Source: Nitrosopumilus sp.
GTDB lineage: Archaea; Thermoproteota; Nitrososphaeria; Nitrososphaerales; Nitrosopumilaceae
Direction: 5' to 3'
Assembly: GCA_965219345.1 (NCBI GenBank)
Contig: OZ244732.1
Coordinates: 192,001 to 256,000 of the forward strand
DNA length: 64,000 nucleotides
A program made the position numbers and the translations under genes. Under the pieces are notes generated by a model. It did no database searches, was not told the origin of the DNA, and was given only the letters and a program-made list of their open reading frames with translations. Positions 27,338 to 37,720 of the stretch are shown here, one piece after another; the stretch's first letter is position 1; every line of letters begins with the position of its first letter.

Positions 27338-29047
27338 ATGGATGAAGAATTAAAAAAAGAAATTAGAAAAATGTCTCTTCAAAATGCATTTGAGCATGGG
27401 GGGCAAACTCAAGATAAAATAATTTTGGGAAAAATTCTTGGAATAAAGCCAGAATTTAGAACCAAAGTAAAGGAGATCACAGGAGACATTTCTGAAATTG
27501 TTTCAAGAGTTAATCAGTTATCATCTGAAGAACAGAAAAAAGAAATTGAAGAAAACTTTCCAGAAATTTTAATACCTAAAGAAAAAATTGAAGAAAGAGA
27601 AGGACTTCCAGAATTGGAAGGTGCTGAACAAGGAAAAGTTGTTACAAGATTTCCTCCTGAACCAAATGGTTATCCTCACATAGGACATGCAAAAGCTGTT
27701 ATCATTAATTCAGAATATGCAAAGATGTACGGTGGAAAATTTATTCTGAGAATGGATGATACAAATCCAGAAGCAGAGAGAATGGAGTATCATGCAGCCA
27801 TCAAAGTGGGACTAGAGTGGTTAGGAGTAAAATTTGATACAATAAAGAGCACTTCAGATGACATGGAATTATTTTATGAGAAAGGTATGGAATTAATAAA
27901 TTCTGGAAAAGCTTACGTTTGTACTTGTAATAGAGACAATATCAGCAAAAACAGAAGAGAAAGAAAACCATGTAAGTGTAGCATGGAGGATGTTGAAAAA
28001 AATAATAAAAATTGGGAAAAGATGCAAGTCAAATTCAAACCTGGTGATGCAATTGTAAGGTTTCGCGGAGATATGAAAGCAGACAATGCAGTCATGAGAG
28101 ATCCAGTATTGTTCAGAATTATTGACGAAAAGCATTACACATTAGGCGAAAAATATAGAATTTGGCCTAGTTATGATTTTGCTGTTGCAATTGAAGACAG
28201 TATTGATGGAATTACGCATGCTTTTCGTTCTAAAGAATTCGAACTAAGAAAAGAGCTAATTGACGCAATCTTAGATGCGTTAAACATGAGGAAACCATAC
28301 CAGGGATTTTTCTCCAGATTAGAATTCAAAGGAATGCCAATTTCAAAAAGAATCATCAAACCTTTGATTGAAGAAGGTAAGGTTTCATGGTATGATGATC
28401 CAAGACTGCCGACTCTTGAAGCGCTTAGAAGGAGAGGAATCAAACCTGAAGCCATCAAAAAATTCATCTTGTCATTAGGGTTTACCAAAGCAAATACTCT
28501 TGCACCATTTGATGCACTTGAAGCATTTAATCGAAAATTTGTAGATTCTGAAAGTATAAGGTTATTCATGGTCAGTAATGCAAAAAAATTGACAGTAAAA
28601 AATTTGTCAATCTCATCAATTGAAATTCCTAATCATCCAACTAATGATTTGGGAAAAAGAAAAATTGAGATTGATAATAATTTCTACATTTCTGGGGATG
28701 ATGCACAAAACATCAAACAAGGAATGCAGGTTAGACTTTTAGGATTAGGAAATGTTTCCATTACAAAAGATGGTGCAGAATTTGAAGGAGAGTTTATTGG
28801 TGAAGGTGAGATAGCAAACATACTAAAAATTCAATGGGTTCCGCAAAAAACAGCACATGAAATTAAAATGATTATTCCCAAAGTATTATTCAATGGAGAA
28901 GAGTTTAATGAAAAAAGTTTAGAAGAGTTAGATGTTTATACAGAACCACATTATCTGCAATTAAAAGAAGGAGATGAGATTCAATTTGTCAGATTTGGAT
29001 ATTGTAGAAAGGATTCACAGAATCAAGCAATTTTTACACACAAGTGA
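27338..29047 (+). CDS. gltX: Glutamate--tRNA ligase
   Basis: RFPPEPNGYPHIGH, DDTNP, ISKR, QFVRFGY. Confidence 0.96.
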   Translation: MDEELKKEIRKMSLQNAFEHGGQTQDKIILGKILGIKPEFRTKVKEITGDISEIVSRVNQLSSEEQKKEIEENFPEILIPKEKIEEREGLPELEGAEQGKVVTRFPPEPNGYPHIGHAKAVIINSEYAKMYGGKFILRMDDTNPEAERMEYHAAIKVGLEWLGVKFDTIKSTSDDMELFYEKGMELINSGKAYVCTCNRDNISKNRRERKPCKCSMEDVEKNNKNWEKMQVKFKPGDAIVRFRGDMKADNAVMRDPVLFRIIDEKHYTLGEKYRIWPSYDFAVAIEDSIDGITHAFRSKEFELRKELIDAILDALNMRKPYQGFFSRLEFKGMPISKRIIKPLIEEGKVSWYDDPRLPTLEALRRRGIKPEAIKKFILSLGFTKANTLAPFDALEAFNRKFVDSESIRLFMVSNAKKLTVKNLSISSIEIPNHPTNDLGKRKIEIDNNFYISGDDAQNIKQGMQVRLLGLGNVSITKDGAEFEGEFIGEGEIANILKIQWVPQKTAHEIKMIIPKVLFNGEEFNEKSLEELDVYTEPHYLQLKEGDEIQFVRFGYCRKDSQNQAIFTHK

Positions 29048-29053
29048 TCAATT

Positions 29054-29923
29054 ATGAAAATAGCACGATTGTTAAATGGAAATAATGAGACATATGGTTT
29101 TGTTAAAGGCGACAAAGTAGCCACAAAAGATGAGATAATTTACCTAACAGGAGTCCCAATTCCGCTTAGTGTAAAAGATTTTCTTTTTGATGGATGGTAT
29201 GATGAAATTAAAAACAAGATTGAAGATTTGTCGTATGAAGAAAATCTTTCAGAATACAAAATATTAACGCCAATTGTAAATCCAAACAAAATAATCTGTT
29301 TGGCATTCAACTATAGGGACCATGCCAAAGAACAAGATCTGAAGGCACCAGAAGATCCGGTCATAGTAATGAAACCACGAACAGCACTTACTAGCACTGA
29401 TTCAAACATTGTATGCCCAGATTTTGTTACAAAATTAGACTACGAGATAGAACTAGCCGTAATAATTGGAAAAAACTGTAAAAATATCAGCATAGAAGAT
29501 GCTTCAAGTGCAGTATTTGGATATATGATATTCAATGACGTTTCAGCAAGAGACATTCAATTCAAGGACAAACAGTTTACTAGAGGAAAGAGTTTTGATA
29601 CATTTGCACCATGTGGGCCATGGATTACAACAGCTGATGAAATCCAAGATGTTCACAATCTAAAGTTGACAACCAAAATTAATGGAGAAATAAGACAGAA
29701 CTCTTCTACAAATAAAATGTTCATAAAAATCCCAGAAATTGTTTCAAAAATTTCTAAAGTCATGACTTTGGAAAGAGGTGACATTATTGCTACCGGAACA
29801 CCAGCAGGTGTAGCATTAAGGAATCCAAATGTAGAATTTTTGAAAGATGGAGACAGAATTGAGATGGAGATCGAATGTCTTGGAATTTTAAATAATACAA
29901 TAAAATTTGTTAAATCAGATTAA
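29054..29923 (+). CDS. Fumarylacetoacetate hydrolase family protein
   Basis: NY.DHA.E, DYE.EL, NDVSARD, GKSFDTFAP.GP, TGTPAGV. Confidence 0.92.
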   Translation: MKIARLLNGNNETYGFVKGDKVATKDEIIYLTGVPIPLSVKDFLFDGWYDEIKNKIEDLSYEENLSEYKILTPIVNPNKIICLAFNYRDHAKEQDLKAPEDPVIVMKPRTALTSTDSNIVCPDFVTKLDYEIELAVIIGKNCKNISIEDASSAVFGYMIFNDVSARDIQFKDKQFTRGKSFDTFAPCGPWITTADEIQDVHNLKLTTKINGEIRQNSSTNKMFIKIPEIVSKISKVMTLERGDIIATGTPAGVALRNPNVEFLKDGDRIEMEIECLGILNNTIKFVKSD

Positions 29924-30705
29924 GCTAAAGATTTCCTCATCAAATGAAATGAAATTCTATGTTCCAATAAATCAAAAAGTGGTAATTGTTCTTTAGTCAA
30001 AATTTGTATTCTTTCATAGTTTTTTTCAATACCATAATTTTGTAAAAAGGAAATTATTTGTAACGTATTGTTTTTTGAGCCTGAAAACAATGTAACAATT
30101 AAGGTTTTGTCAAAATGTTCGGAATCAGTAAGAATTGCTATTGAATTTTTGCCATCTAAATTAGATCTGATAATCTTATTTTGTTCATAAAATATAGATA
30201 GTGTGGCATCATCTACAGGAAGCCATCTCCAAGATTTTACATAATGGGAATGGAATTGACGATTTAAGAATTTTTCAAAATGAATATCATCATAATTTGA
30301 ATTTCTTTTTGGCATAAGAGAGTAGAAATTCCAAGTTTGAAATGTGTTATAATCTAAAGAGTTTGCCATTGTGACAGATGAAGTATTTTCAGTATCAATT
30401 AACATAAAGGAAAATGAAATATGCTTACCTTTTCCTATTGATTCAGCATGTTTTACTAGTTTAGATGCAATTTTTTGTCTACGAAAATGTGGATCAATCC
30501 TAATTCCTTCAATCCAAATTTGATCTCCTGAGAAAAATGCATGACAGATTCCCACTGGAGACTGTTTTTCAAATAGAAACAAATTACCTTCGCGTAACCA
30601 GGGGTCCCAAACTTGATCTATATAGTCTCCCCAAGAAAAAGTATCTTTACAAAATCTCAAAATTGGAGCTTTGTCTAAAGAATTTGCTTCTCTAATCATC
30701 GTCAT
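29920..30705 (-). CDS. GNAT-family acetyltransferase
   Basis: IREA, WGDY, WIEGIRIDPHFRRQKIAS; start shortened so it does not overlap the ferredoxin gene. Confidence 0.8.
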   Translation of the reverse strand: MTMIREANSLDKAPILRFCKDTFSWGDYIDQVWDPWLREGNLFLFEKQSPVGICHAFFSGDQIWIEGIRIDPHFRRQKIASKLVKHAESIGKGKHISFSFMLIDTENTSSVTMANSLDYNTFQTWNFYSLMPKRNSNYDDIHFEKFLNRQFHSHYVKSWRWLPVDDATLSIFYEQNKIIRSNLDGKNSIAILTDSEHFDKTLIVTLFSGSKNNTLQIISFLQNYGIEKNYERIQILTKEQLPLFDLLEHRISFHLMRKSLA

Positions 30706-30750
30706 CACTTTGTATAAAAAAATATTAAGAACAATCAGATAAAAACTAAA

Positions 30751-31059
30751 TTGGGAAAAATTATAGCGGGTAAAATATCGGATATTCCTTCTGGAAAGAT
30801 GATCAAGGTGTCTATTGATGGAAAAGATATCTTGGTTGCAAATATTGATGGCAAATATTGTGCAACAGATGATACTTGTACTCATTCAGGTTCTAGTCTA
30901 TCGGAAGGGAAATTAGACGAATGTACAATCACATGTGGTTGGCATGGGGCACAATTTGATTGTAAAACTGGAAAATTAATTAAATTCCCGGCAAAAATTA
31001 GAGATTTGGCATCATACAGTGTCGTAGTAGAATCAGACACTGTGTTTGTGGAGATGTAA
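30751..31059 (+). CDS. Rieske [2Fe-2S] ferredoxin
   Basis: CTH...CGWHGAQFD. Confidence 0.92.
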   Translation: MGKIIAGKISDIPSGKMIKVSIDGKDILVANIDGKYCATDDTCTHSGSSLSEGKLDECTITCGWHGAQFDCKTGKLIKFPAKIRDLASYSVVVESDTVFVEM

Positions 31060-31095
31060 CTATATACCTCTAATTTTTAAGAAAATGTGTAAAAA

Positions 31096-31365
31096 ATGGC
31101 AGACGACGCTCAAAATAAAGAATCGATGAAAGGTGCAATTGAAACATTGAATCTGATTGCTTCCAATAACTCTACTCCAAAGACAATAAAAAAATTAATT
31201 TCAGATTTGGTCGCAGATTTGAATAAAGACGAATATTCACTATCAGTAAGAGCGGCAAATACAATTAGTCTACTAGATGATATAACACAAGATCCTAACA
31301 TGCCTTCATACGTAAGAACACAGTTATGGCAGGCAGTTTCAAAATTAGAAAGCATAAGAGAATAA
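31096..31365 (+). CDS. UPF0147 family protein
   Basis: TPK.IK, RAA..IS.LD.ITQDPNMPSYVRTQLW. Confidence 0.85.
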   Translation: MADDAQNKESMKGAIETLNLIASNNSTPKTIKKLISDLVADLNKDEYSLSVRAANTISLLDDITQDPNMPSYVRTQLWQAVSKLESIRE

Positions 31366-31390
31366 ATTCTCTCGTGTACAAATAATACCA

Positions 31391-32152
31391 TTGAAAATTG
31401 AAGAATATTTAGGAACACTTCCAGAAAATTTACTTAGTGGAGAAGATGTCCAGCTATCAGAAAAATCTTTTAGAGAAATTTTCAAGTTTGCAGATGTAGG
31501 CGAAAATGATGTTTTTTATCATTTAGGTTGTGGTAATGAAAAAGGAATAGAGATAGCAATAAATGAGTTCAAAGTGAAAAAAGCCGTAGGAATGGATAAC
31601 AATCCTGAAAAAATTCAACACGGAAAAGAAATTCTTAGACAAAAAAATATTCAAGGACAGCTAATTTGTAAGAATATAGAAGAATCAGACATCTCAGACG
31701 CTTCTGTAATTTTGTTTTGGTTTACAGATGATAAAGTGATTAATCAAATGTTGAAAAAATTTGAAAATCTAAAATTAGGAACAAAAATAATTACAATTTG
31801 GGGACCGCTTCCAGATTGTCTTCCAGATAAAGTAAATTTCCCATACATAATCAACAAAATACCTTTCAAAAAAGCACAAAGTATGCAAGAACAGGCATTA
31901 GCAATCTTTGGAGTAAAATGTATAGATTTTGTAACAGCATGGGAATTTGCAGAAAGATACACAAAATCCATTGGGACTCCTGAAATTAGAAATGATCGAT
32001 TTTTGACAATCATACAAACCTTGGTAATTTGGATTAATGCAAGAAAACTAGGAGTAGCGTGTAGTGAAGAAATTCCAGAACCTATTCAAACTTATATCAA
32101 TATCATGAAAATGCAGTTTGACATAGATTTTGAATATCTTTTAAAGGAATAA
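31391..32152 (+). CDS. SAM-dependent methyltransferase-like protein
   Basis: VFYHLGCG motif I, followed by AVGMD. Confidence 0.75.
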   Translation: MKIEEYLGTLPENLLSGEDVQLSEKSFREIFKFADVGENDVFYHLGCGNEKGIEIAINEFKVKKAVGMDNNPEKIQHGKEILRQKNIQGQLICKNIEESDISDASVILFWFTDDKVINQMLKKFENLKLGTKIITIWGPLPDCLPDKVNFPYIINKIPFKKAQSMQEQALAIFGVKCIDFVTAWEFAERYTKSIGTPEIRNDRFLTIIQTLVIWINARKLGVACSEEIPEPIQTYINIMKMQFDIDFEYLLKE

Positions 32153-32192
32153 TCTGTATAATCCTTTTATTCTGTTTTGAAATAAAAAGAAT

Positions 32193-32540
32193 ATGGAGAC
32201 TAGGATTAACATCAATGTTTCTGCAATAGATTATGATAAAACAAGTAAAGCATTAACTCAGCAGTTATCTCTTTTGGAAGAAGTGGCTCACAGTCAGGAA
32301 GATTTTGTCATGACTGATTCAGAATTTGCTTTTGGTTGGCACTTTTTTGTATTAAGTGTAAACAAATCACTTGTTGAAAAATTAGTTGAAATGATGGGTA
32401 CGGATTTTAATAAATTAAAGGGAAAAGGAATTGAAAAGAAATTTCTTACATGGTTAACAAAGAATGTAGAATCCAAATCTCCTCGGTTCAAGCTTGCTAT
32501 CAAAGAAGAAATGGAATCTAGTAAATTCGGCATTTTCTAA
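32193..32540 (+). CDS. Hypothetical protein
   Basis: 115-aa ORF with genome-typical composition, co-oriented with neighbours. Confidence 0.7.
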   Translation: METRININVSAIDYDKTSKALTQQLSLLEEVAHSQEDFVMTDSEFAFGWHFFVLSVNKSLVEKLVEMMGTDFNKLKGKGIEKKFLTWLTKNVESKSPRFKLAIKEEMESSKFGIF

Positions 32541-32550
32541 AAATTATGTA

Positions 32551-32623
32551 GGCCCTCGAGGGGAATCGAACCCCTGTCCGGGGATCCACAATCCCCTATA
32601 CTAGCCACTGTACTACGAAGGCC
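32551..32623 (-). tRNA. tRNA-His(GTG) with encoded G-1
   Basis: G-GCCTTCG...CGAGGGC-C; GGGGA-TTGTGGA-TCCCC anticodon arm; GGTTCGATTCC. Confidence 0.95.
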
Positions 32624-32717
32624 ACCAGAAAGAAAAATTATTAATCCCGTAATAATCTTTGATTTCCATCTAAAAATTATACTGTAGACTTATTATTGAC
32701 TAGTTTGGATTTGAAAT

Positions 32718-32798
32718 ATGCGTTTGTGGTGGATTGCAATGGCAATAGCAATCGGACTTACATGGATAGGAATGAATTATTTACTTCCGTTCAAATAG
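32718..32798 (+). CDS. Putative 26-aa single-TM micropeptide
   Basis: MRLWWIAMAIAIGLTWIGMNYLLPFK; below ORF track cutoff. Confidence 0.5.
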   Translation: MRLWWIAMAIAIGLTWIGMNYLLPFK

Positions 32799-32894
32799 CC
32801 TCAAATTCAAGAATGTTTTTCAGTTTCACAACTAAAGTTTTCACACAAGTAATAGCGATCGCTTTAAATTTGTTGTACTAGGGTATTTTTCGAC

Positions 32895-33917
32895 TTGAAA
32901 AAAGGATTCATTAGAAATAGATTACGTTCGAGTAGGAAATTGGCAGAGATTTCTGTCGATCGTAAAATTGAATCCATTCCAGGTGAAAAATTTGTATGGA
33001 TTAATTTACAAAATCCGGATAGAAAAGATGTTGAAAAATTAGCTGAAAAATACAATTTCAATAAATTAAACATTGAAGACTGTATGACCAAATTTGAACT
33101 TCCAAAGCTGGATAGCTATGATGATCATTTCTTTGTAATTCTACATTTTCCACCATTATCACAAAAAATAGAAATATCAAAAAATAGTCAGTTATCTATA
33201 TTCCTTGGAAAGGATTTCCTAGTCACAATCCATCAGGGAGATCTAAAACCTCTAGTTGAATTAGAAGAAATATGTAAAACAGGTTCAGATCAACAAAGAA
33301 AAGATAGACTATTAGGAAAATCCTCGGGAGCGCTGCTTCATGAAATCATTGATGTGCTGGTAGATGATCTTTTACATACTTCTAGAAAGATAATTGCAAA
33401 TCTAGATGAAATGGAAGATAGAGTATTTGATGAAAAAAAACCAGTAGCAAGAAGTATTGCTCTGCTTAGAAGAGAAATTAACAGATTAAGAAGAATTGTC
33501 AACCCATTAAAGAAATTTGTATTAGAAATTGCAAAAAACATTAAAAGATTTTCTGAGAGAGAGGATACAGAACTCACGTTATTTTTTGATGATATTATTG
33601 ACCACATAGACAAAGTAATTGAAACATTAGAAGAGTCAAGGGAGACCATGGAAATTTACAAAGATACAGACTTTGTGTTAAGCACTGAAAAAACAAACAA
33701 AGTACTTGCTGTACTAACTATTATCTTCACATTAGCAATTCCATCAACCGTAATTGGGACATTTTATGGAATGAATGTCAATTTGCCAGGTGGAAATGGA
33801 GATAATTTAATGATCTTAGGTCCGTTTTCAGCTTTCATAATCATTATTATTGCATCAGCTATTCCTGCGATCTTGATGTTTGCATATTTTAAAAAATTGG
33901 GTTGGATTAGCAGTTAA
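32895..33917 (+). CDS. corA: CorA-family Mg2+/Co2+ transporter
   Basis: YGMNV signature after a TM helix; WINL..P; PKLDSY. Confidence 0.93.
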   Translation: MKKGFIRNRLRSSRKLAEISVDRKIESIPGEKFVWINLQNPDRKDVEKLAEKYNFNKLNIEDCMTKFELPKLDSYDDHFFVILHFPPLSQKIEISKNSQLSIFLGKDFLVTIHQGDLKPLVELEEICKTGSDQQRKDRLLGKSSGALLHEIIDVLVDDLLHTSRKIIANLDEMEDRVFDEKKPVARSIALLRREINRLRRIVNPLKKFVLEIAKNIKRFSEREDTELTLFFDDIIDHIDKVIETLEESRETMEIYKDTDFVLSTEKTNKVLAVLTIIFTLAIPSTVIGTFYGMNVNLPGGNGDNLMILGPFSAFIIIIIASAIPAILMFAYFKKLGWISS

Positions 33918-34012
33918 AACAAAAATGTTTGAATTTTTCACAAATTCCACTAAAATTATGGTAAATTTGAGCTAAGCACCCTAGATAAATATAAGAAGAT
34001 TTTACTTATTTT

Positions 34013-34282
34013 ATGGTCAAAATAAAAATCCGTTCCGGAAGAGGAACTAGAGTTATTGATGTTGACAGTGATGCTACAAAATGGACTGGTGCTGAGTTTA
34101 AGGCAATCCAAGAAGCAAGAAAGAAGGCAGCAGGAAATGTATCCATCTCTGGCAGTAGAGGAACTAGTAGAAGAAAATTAAGTGATATTCCTGAGCCAAA
34201 AAAACGATCCAGTACAGTTGGAATGACCAGAAGTACAGGCAGAGGAACTGGCACAAGGAAAAGTCGAGGCAGCAAGAACTAA
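34013..34282 (+). CDS. Small, highly basic R/K/S/G-rich hypothetical protein
   Basis: 89 aa; AT-rich TATA-like sequence upstream; T-rich terminator-like tract after the stop. Confidence 0.65.
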   Translation: MVKIKIRSGRGTRVIDVDSDATKWTGAEFKAIQEARKKAAGNVSISGSRGTSRRKLSDIPEPKKRSSTVGMTRSTGRGTGTRKSRGSKN

Positions 34283-34343
34283 TTCAAAAACCATTATTTT
34301 TTAATTTAGATTTTTTATTTTTTAATTAGAATTGTTGATTTTG

Positions 34344-35009
34344 CTATATTTTGATGTCAGGATTTTCAGATTTGAGCTTTTCCCAATCCGCAAGAAAGTT
34401 TTCTAAACCAATTTTTGTCAACGGATGTTTCATCATCTTGTCCAAGACTGCAGGAGGCAAGGTTACTACATCTGCCCCAATTTTTGCAGCATCAATTACA
34501 TGTACCGGATGACGAATGCTTGCAACAAGTATCTTAGTTCCAAAATTATAATTGGAAAATATTTCTTTGATTTCTTTAATTATATGCATTCCATCTGCCC
34601 CGATATCATCAAGTCTTCCAATAAATGGACTAACATATTTTGCACCAGATTTTGCAGCAAGCAAAGCTTGGTTTGGAGAAAATATCAGTGTAACGTTAAC
34701 AGGAATTCCCTCTGATGAAAGTGATTTGCATGCCTTCAAACCATCAGGAGTCATAGGGACTTTAACGACAACATTATCGCCATATTCACGAAGACGTTTG
34801 CCTTCTTCCATCATTCCAGAATATTCTGTACTTACAACTTCAAGACTTACATCACCTTTGATAATTTTTGTAATCTCTCTCATTGCATCCTTGGGATTGC
34901 CACTTTCTTTAGACAATAGAGAAGGATTAGTTGTGATTCCATCAAGTAATCCCATATCATTGAATTTTCTAATTGATTCTAGATTAGCAGTATCAAGAAA
35001 TATTTTCAT
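34344..35009 (-). CDS. tal: Transaldolase (TalC/Fsa type)
   Basis: FLDTA, GITTNPSL, VVKVP, NVTLIFS, YVSPFIGR. Confidence 0.95.
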   Translation of the reverse strand: MKIFLDTANLESIRKFNDMGLLDGITTNPSLLSKESGNPKDAMREITKIIKGDVSLEVVSTEYSGMMEEGKRLREYGDNVVVKVPMTPDGLKACKSLSSEGIPVNVTLIFSPNQALLAAKSGAKYVSPFIGRLDDIGADGMHIIKEIKEIFSNYNFGTKILVASIRHPVHVIDAAKIGADVVTLPPAVLDKMMKHPLTKIGLENFLADWEKLKSENPDIKI

Positions 35010-35980
35010 AACTTTTTATTCCTAATTTCTTTGACTTGTTTTGCCATATTAAAAGCTGTTATTCCATGCTTCTCTAAAAGTAAGGGAACCTCATTATCTC
35101 TAGCAGATTCTCCAAACATATCCTGAGCCCCAATTCTCTTTATGGGTACAGGATATGATTCAGAAACAGATTCTGCAACAGCAGAACCCATTCCGCCAAG
35201 AATATTATGCTCTTCAGTGGTAACTATACAACCTGTTTCCCTTGCTGCTTTTTCTAAAATTTCATTGTCAATTGGCTTTATTGAAAACATGTCCAAAACC
35301 CTACAGGAGATTCCTTCTTGCTGTAATGATTCAGCCGCATCTAACGCCATTCTAACAGTAATCCCACATGCTACAATGGTACAATCAGAACCATCTCTCA
35401 GAGCAATACCTCTTCCAATCTGAAAATCTTGAGATTCTGAATGAACTATAGGAGTTTTTGATCTTGCCATTCTCATGTAAAAAGGGCCATATTCATTTGC
35501 CATTAAATGAGTCAATTTAGAAACCGAAATTGTATCAGCCGGAATAAAAACTCGGAAATTAGGAATAACTCTCATTATCGCAATATCTTCAATTTGTTGA
35601 TGTGAACCTCCATCAGGTCCAACAGATAAGCCTCCATGAGACACAACTAATTTCACATTAAGGCCTTTCTTGCCTTGTGGTGAAGGATAAGCAATATTAT
35701 TTCGAATTTGATCAACCGCTCTTCCTGGCAAAAATATTGCATAAGTACTAGCAAAAGAAATTTTTCCAGATGCTGCTAATCCAGCGGATACTGTAACAAG
35801 ATTTGCCTCAGCAATACCGACATTAAAGAATCTGTCAGGAAACTCTTTTCCAAAACCAGAGGTCTTCAGTGAATCGGTCGTATCAGCACCCAAAACTACA
35901 ACATTTGGATTCTCTTTTCCAACCTGAATCAAAGTTTTGGAATATTCTGAACGCATATCAGCCATTATTGGTTCATTCAA
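35006..35980 (-). CDS. Transketolase, C-terminal subunit
   Basis: GIAEAN, GPDGGSHQ, EEHN..GG.GS. Confidence 0.93.
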   Translation of the reverse strand: MNEPIMADMRSEYSKTLIQVGKENPNVVVLGADTTDSLKTSGFGKEFPDRFFNVGIAEANLVTVSAGLAASGKISFASTYAIFLPGRAVDQIRNNIAYPSPQGKKGLNVKLVVSHGGLSVGPDGGSHQQIEDIAIMRVIPNFRVFIPADTISVSKLTHLMANEYGPFYMRMARSKTPIVHSESQDFQIGRGIALRDGSDCTIVACGITVRMALDAAESLQQEGISCRVLDMFSIKPIDNEILEKAARETGCIVTTEEHNILGGMGSAVAESVSESYPVPIKRIGAQDMFGESARDNEVPLLLEKHGITAFNMAKQVKEIRNKKL

Positions 35981-37653
35981 ATGTATCCCGACTCCCGTGC
36001 AATTTTTTTAATTTGTTCCTGTTTTTCTCCTACAACATGCAGACCAATCCATTTGTTTACTAAATCAGCCCCACCTAATTCGTTGGCTTTATCAAGCAAA
36101 GCACTTCTTCTGGATTTTAAAGTCTCATTTCTAAATTCCCTGATTGCTGCCCGCACATCTTGCTGTCCAGCAATGGCACCACCTCCAACAAAGACACGGG
36201 CACCATCTGCAAAAATTGAGCCGATATTTTCAAGATTTACTCCCCCATCAGCCTCAATATAGCCTGAAAAATTATGTTCATTTAGAATAGGATTCAATCT
36301 AGCTATCTTTGCATGTGTTTCTTCAATGAATTTCTGACCGGATTTTCCAGGAACTACAGACATTACAATTAGTTGATCAAGTGAAGGTAAGAATTTGTAA
36401 GACCATTCAGGTAATTCAGTGTCAGGGTTTATTGCAAAACCCACACCGACTTGATTTTGTTTTAGTAAATCATGAATTTCTCCAAAACTGGATTCATCAG
36501 TTACTTCAGCATGAATTGTAATAATGTCACTACCTGCATCAATATAATCTCTGACGTGTTTTACAGGTTCATTTATCATCAAGTGTGAATCAAATGGAAT
36601 TGCAGTAAGAGGCCTTAGTTCTTTGACTTTAGTATGATCAAAAGTTTTGTTTGGAACAAATTGACCATCCATTACATCAAGATGAATATAGTCAGCTCTT
36701 CCAGAAACACATCTTTTAATTTCATTTGCCAGATTTGTCATATCGCCGGCAATGATAGATGGAGCAATCATGAATTGTGAGTTCAGTTCATGATTAATTA
36801 TAGGGACTATATCAGAGTCAGGAGCTTTTCCATGCCATTGTGGGTTATCCTCCATATGTTCTACGGATTTGCCTTTAATTGTTCTTGAAATTATTATGGT
36901 AGGTATTCCTTTTGTTGCATTTGCTTTTGCAATGGCAGCATCAATTTGTTCAACTCTATGTCCATCAATTTCAATGACGTTCCATCCAAAGGATCTCCAT
37001 TTATCACCAGTCTTCCAACGGGATGCGTCTTTCCACATTTCAGAAAGATCATCACCTTCTAACTTTTCATCTAGTGGCATTATTTGTTCAGTATAGGAAT
37101 CTTGTTGAATGAAATTTCTATCAAGAAAAGCAGTAAGATTATCAACCTTGTATTTTGCAGCCGTCATTGCAGCCTCCCAAATTTGACCCTCGTTTGATTC
37201 TCCGTCTCCAATGATAGTGTAAACGTGATAATCTTTGGAATTAATTTTTGCAGCAAGTGCAACTCCTACAGAATAAGATAATCCAGTGCCTAAAGATCCA
37301 CCGCAGAATTCCACACCTGGGCATTTTAGGTCAGGATGCCCTTGTAATCTACTACCAAATTTTCGTAGGGTTTCAAGTTCAGATTCTGGGAAATATCCTG
37401 CAACTGCCATGTTTGAAAATAAACCAGGAGCAGCATGGCCTTTGGATAAAACTAAACGATCCCTGTCTTCCCACTGAGGATTATTAGGATCAAATTTCAA
37501 GTATTTGTAGAATAAACAGCCCAAAATTTCTGCCATAGAGAAAGAGCCTCCAGGATGGCCTGAACCAGCAATATTAGTTCCCTTAATCACTAATTTTCGG
37601 GCTCGAAGAATATTCTTCTTAATTTGATAATAATTAAGCCCCATCTTGATCAT
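35977..37653 (-). CDS. Transketolase N-terminal subunit fused to ribulose-phosphate 3-epimerase
   Basis: SGHPGGS, LSKGH, GDGESNEG in the N half; IAPSI, HLDVMDGQFVPN, DSHLM, EADGG in the C half. Confidence 0.92.
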   Translation of the reverse strand: MIKMGLNYYQIKKNILRARKLVIKGTNIAGSGHPGGSFSMAEILGCLFYKYLKFDPNNPQWEDRDRLVLSKGHAAPGLFSNMAVAGYFPESELETLRKFGSRLQGHPDLKCPGVEFCGGSLGTGLSYSVGVALAAKINSKDYHVYTIIGDGESNEGQIWEAAMTAAKYKVDNLTAFLDRNFIQQDSYTEQIMPLDEKLEGDDLSEMWKDASRWKTGDKWRSFGWNVIEIDGHRVEQIDAAIAKANATKGIPTIIISRTIKGKSVEHMEDNPQWHGKAPDSDIVPIINHELNSQFMIAPSIIAGDMTNLANEIKRCVSGRADYIHLDVMDGQFVPNKTFDHTKVKELRPLTAIPFDSHLMINEPVKHVRDYIDAGSDIITIHAEVTDESSFGEIHDLLKQNQVGVGFAINPDTELPEWSYKFLPSLDQLIVMSVVPGKSGQKFIEETHAKIARLNPILNEHNFSGYIEADGGVNLENIGSIFADGARVFVGGGAIAGQQDVRAAIREFRNETLKSRRSALLDKANELGGADLVNKWIGLHVVGEKQEQIKKIARESGYI

Positions 37654-37720
37654 TGTTTTTGTAAATTTAATAAAAATCTATTTCTGTAAAATTTTAATTT
37701 GATCGTCGCTAATAGGTATT

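Noticed and set aside
30706-30885. Long N-terminus of the GNAT ORF
   Set aside because: It overlaps the divergent Rieske ferredoxin gene.
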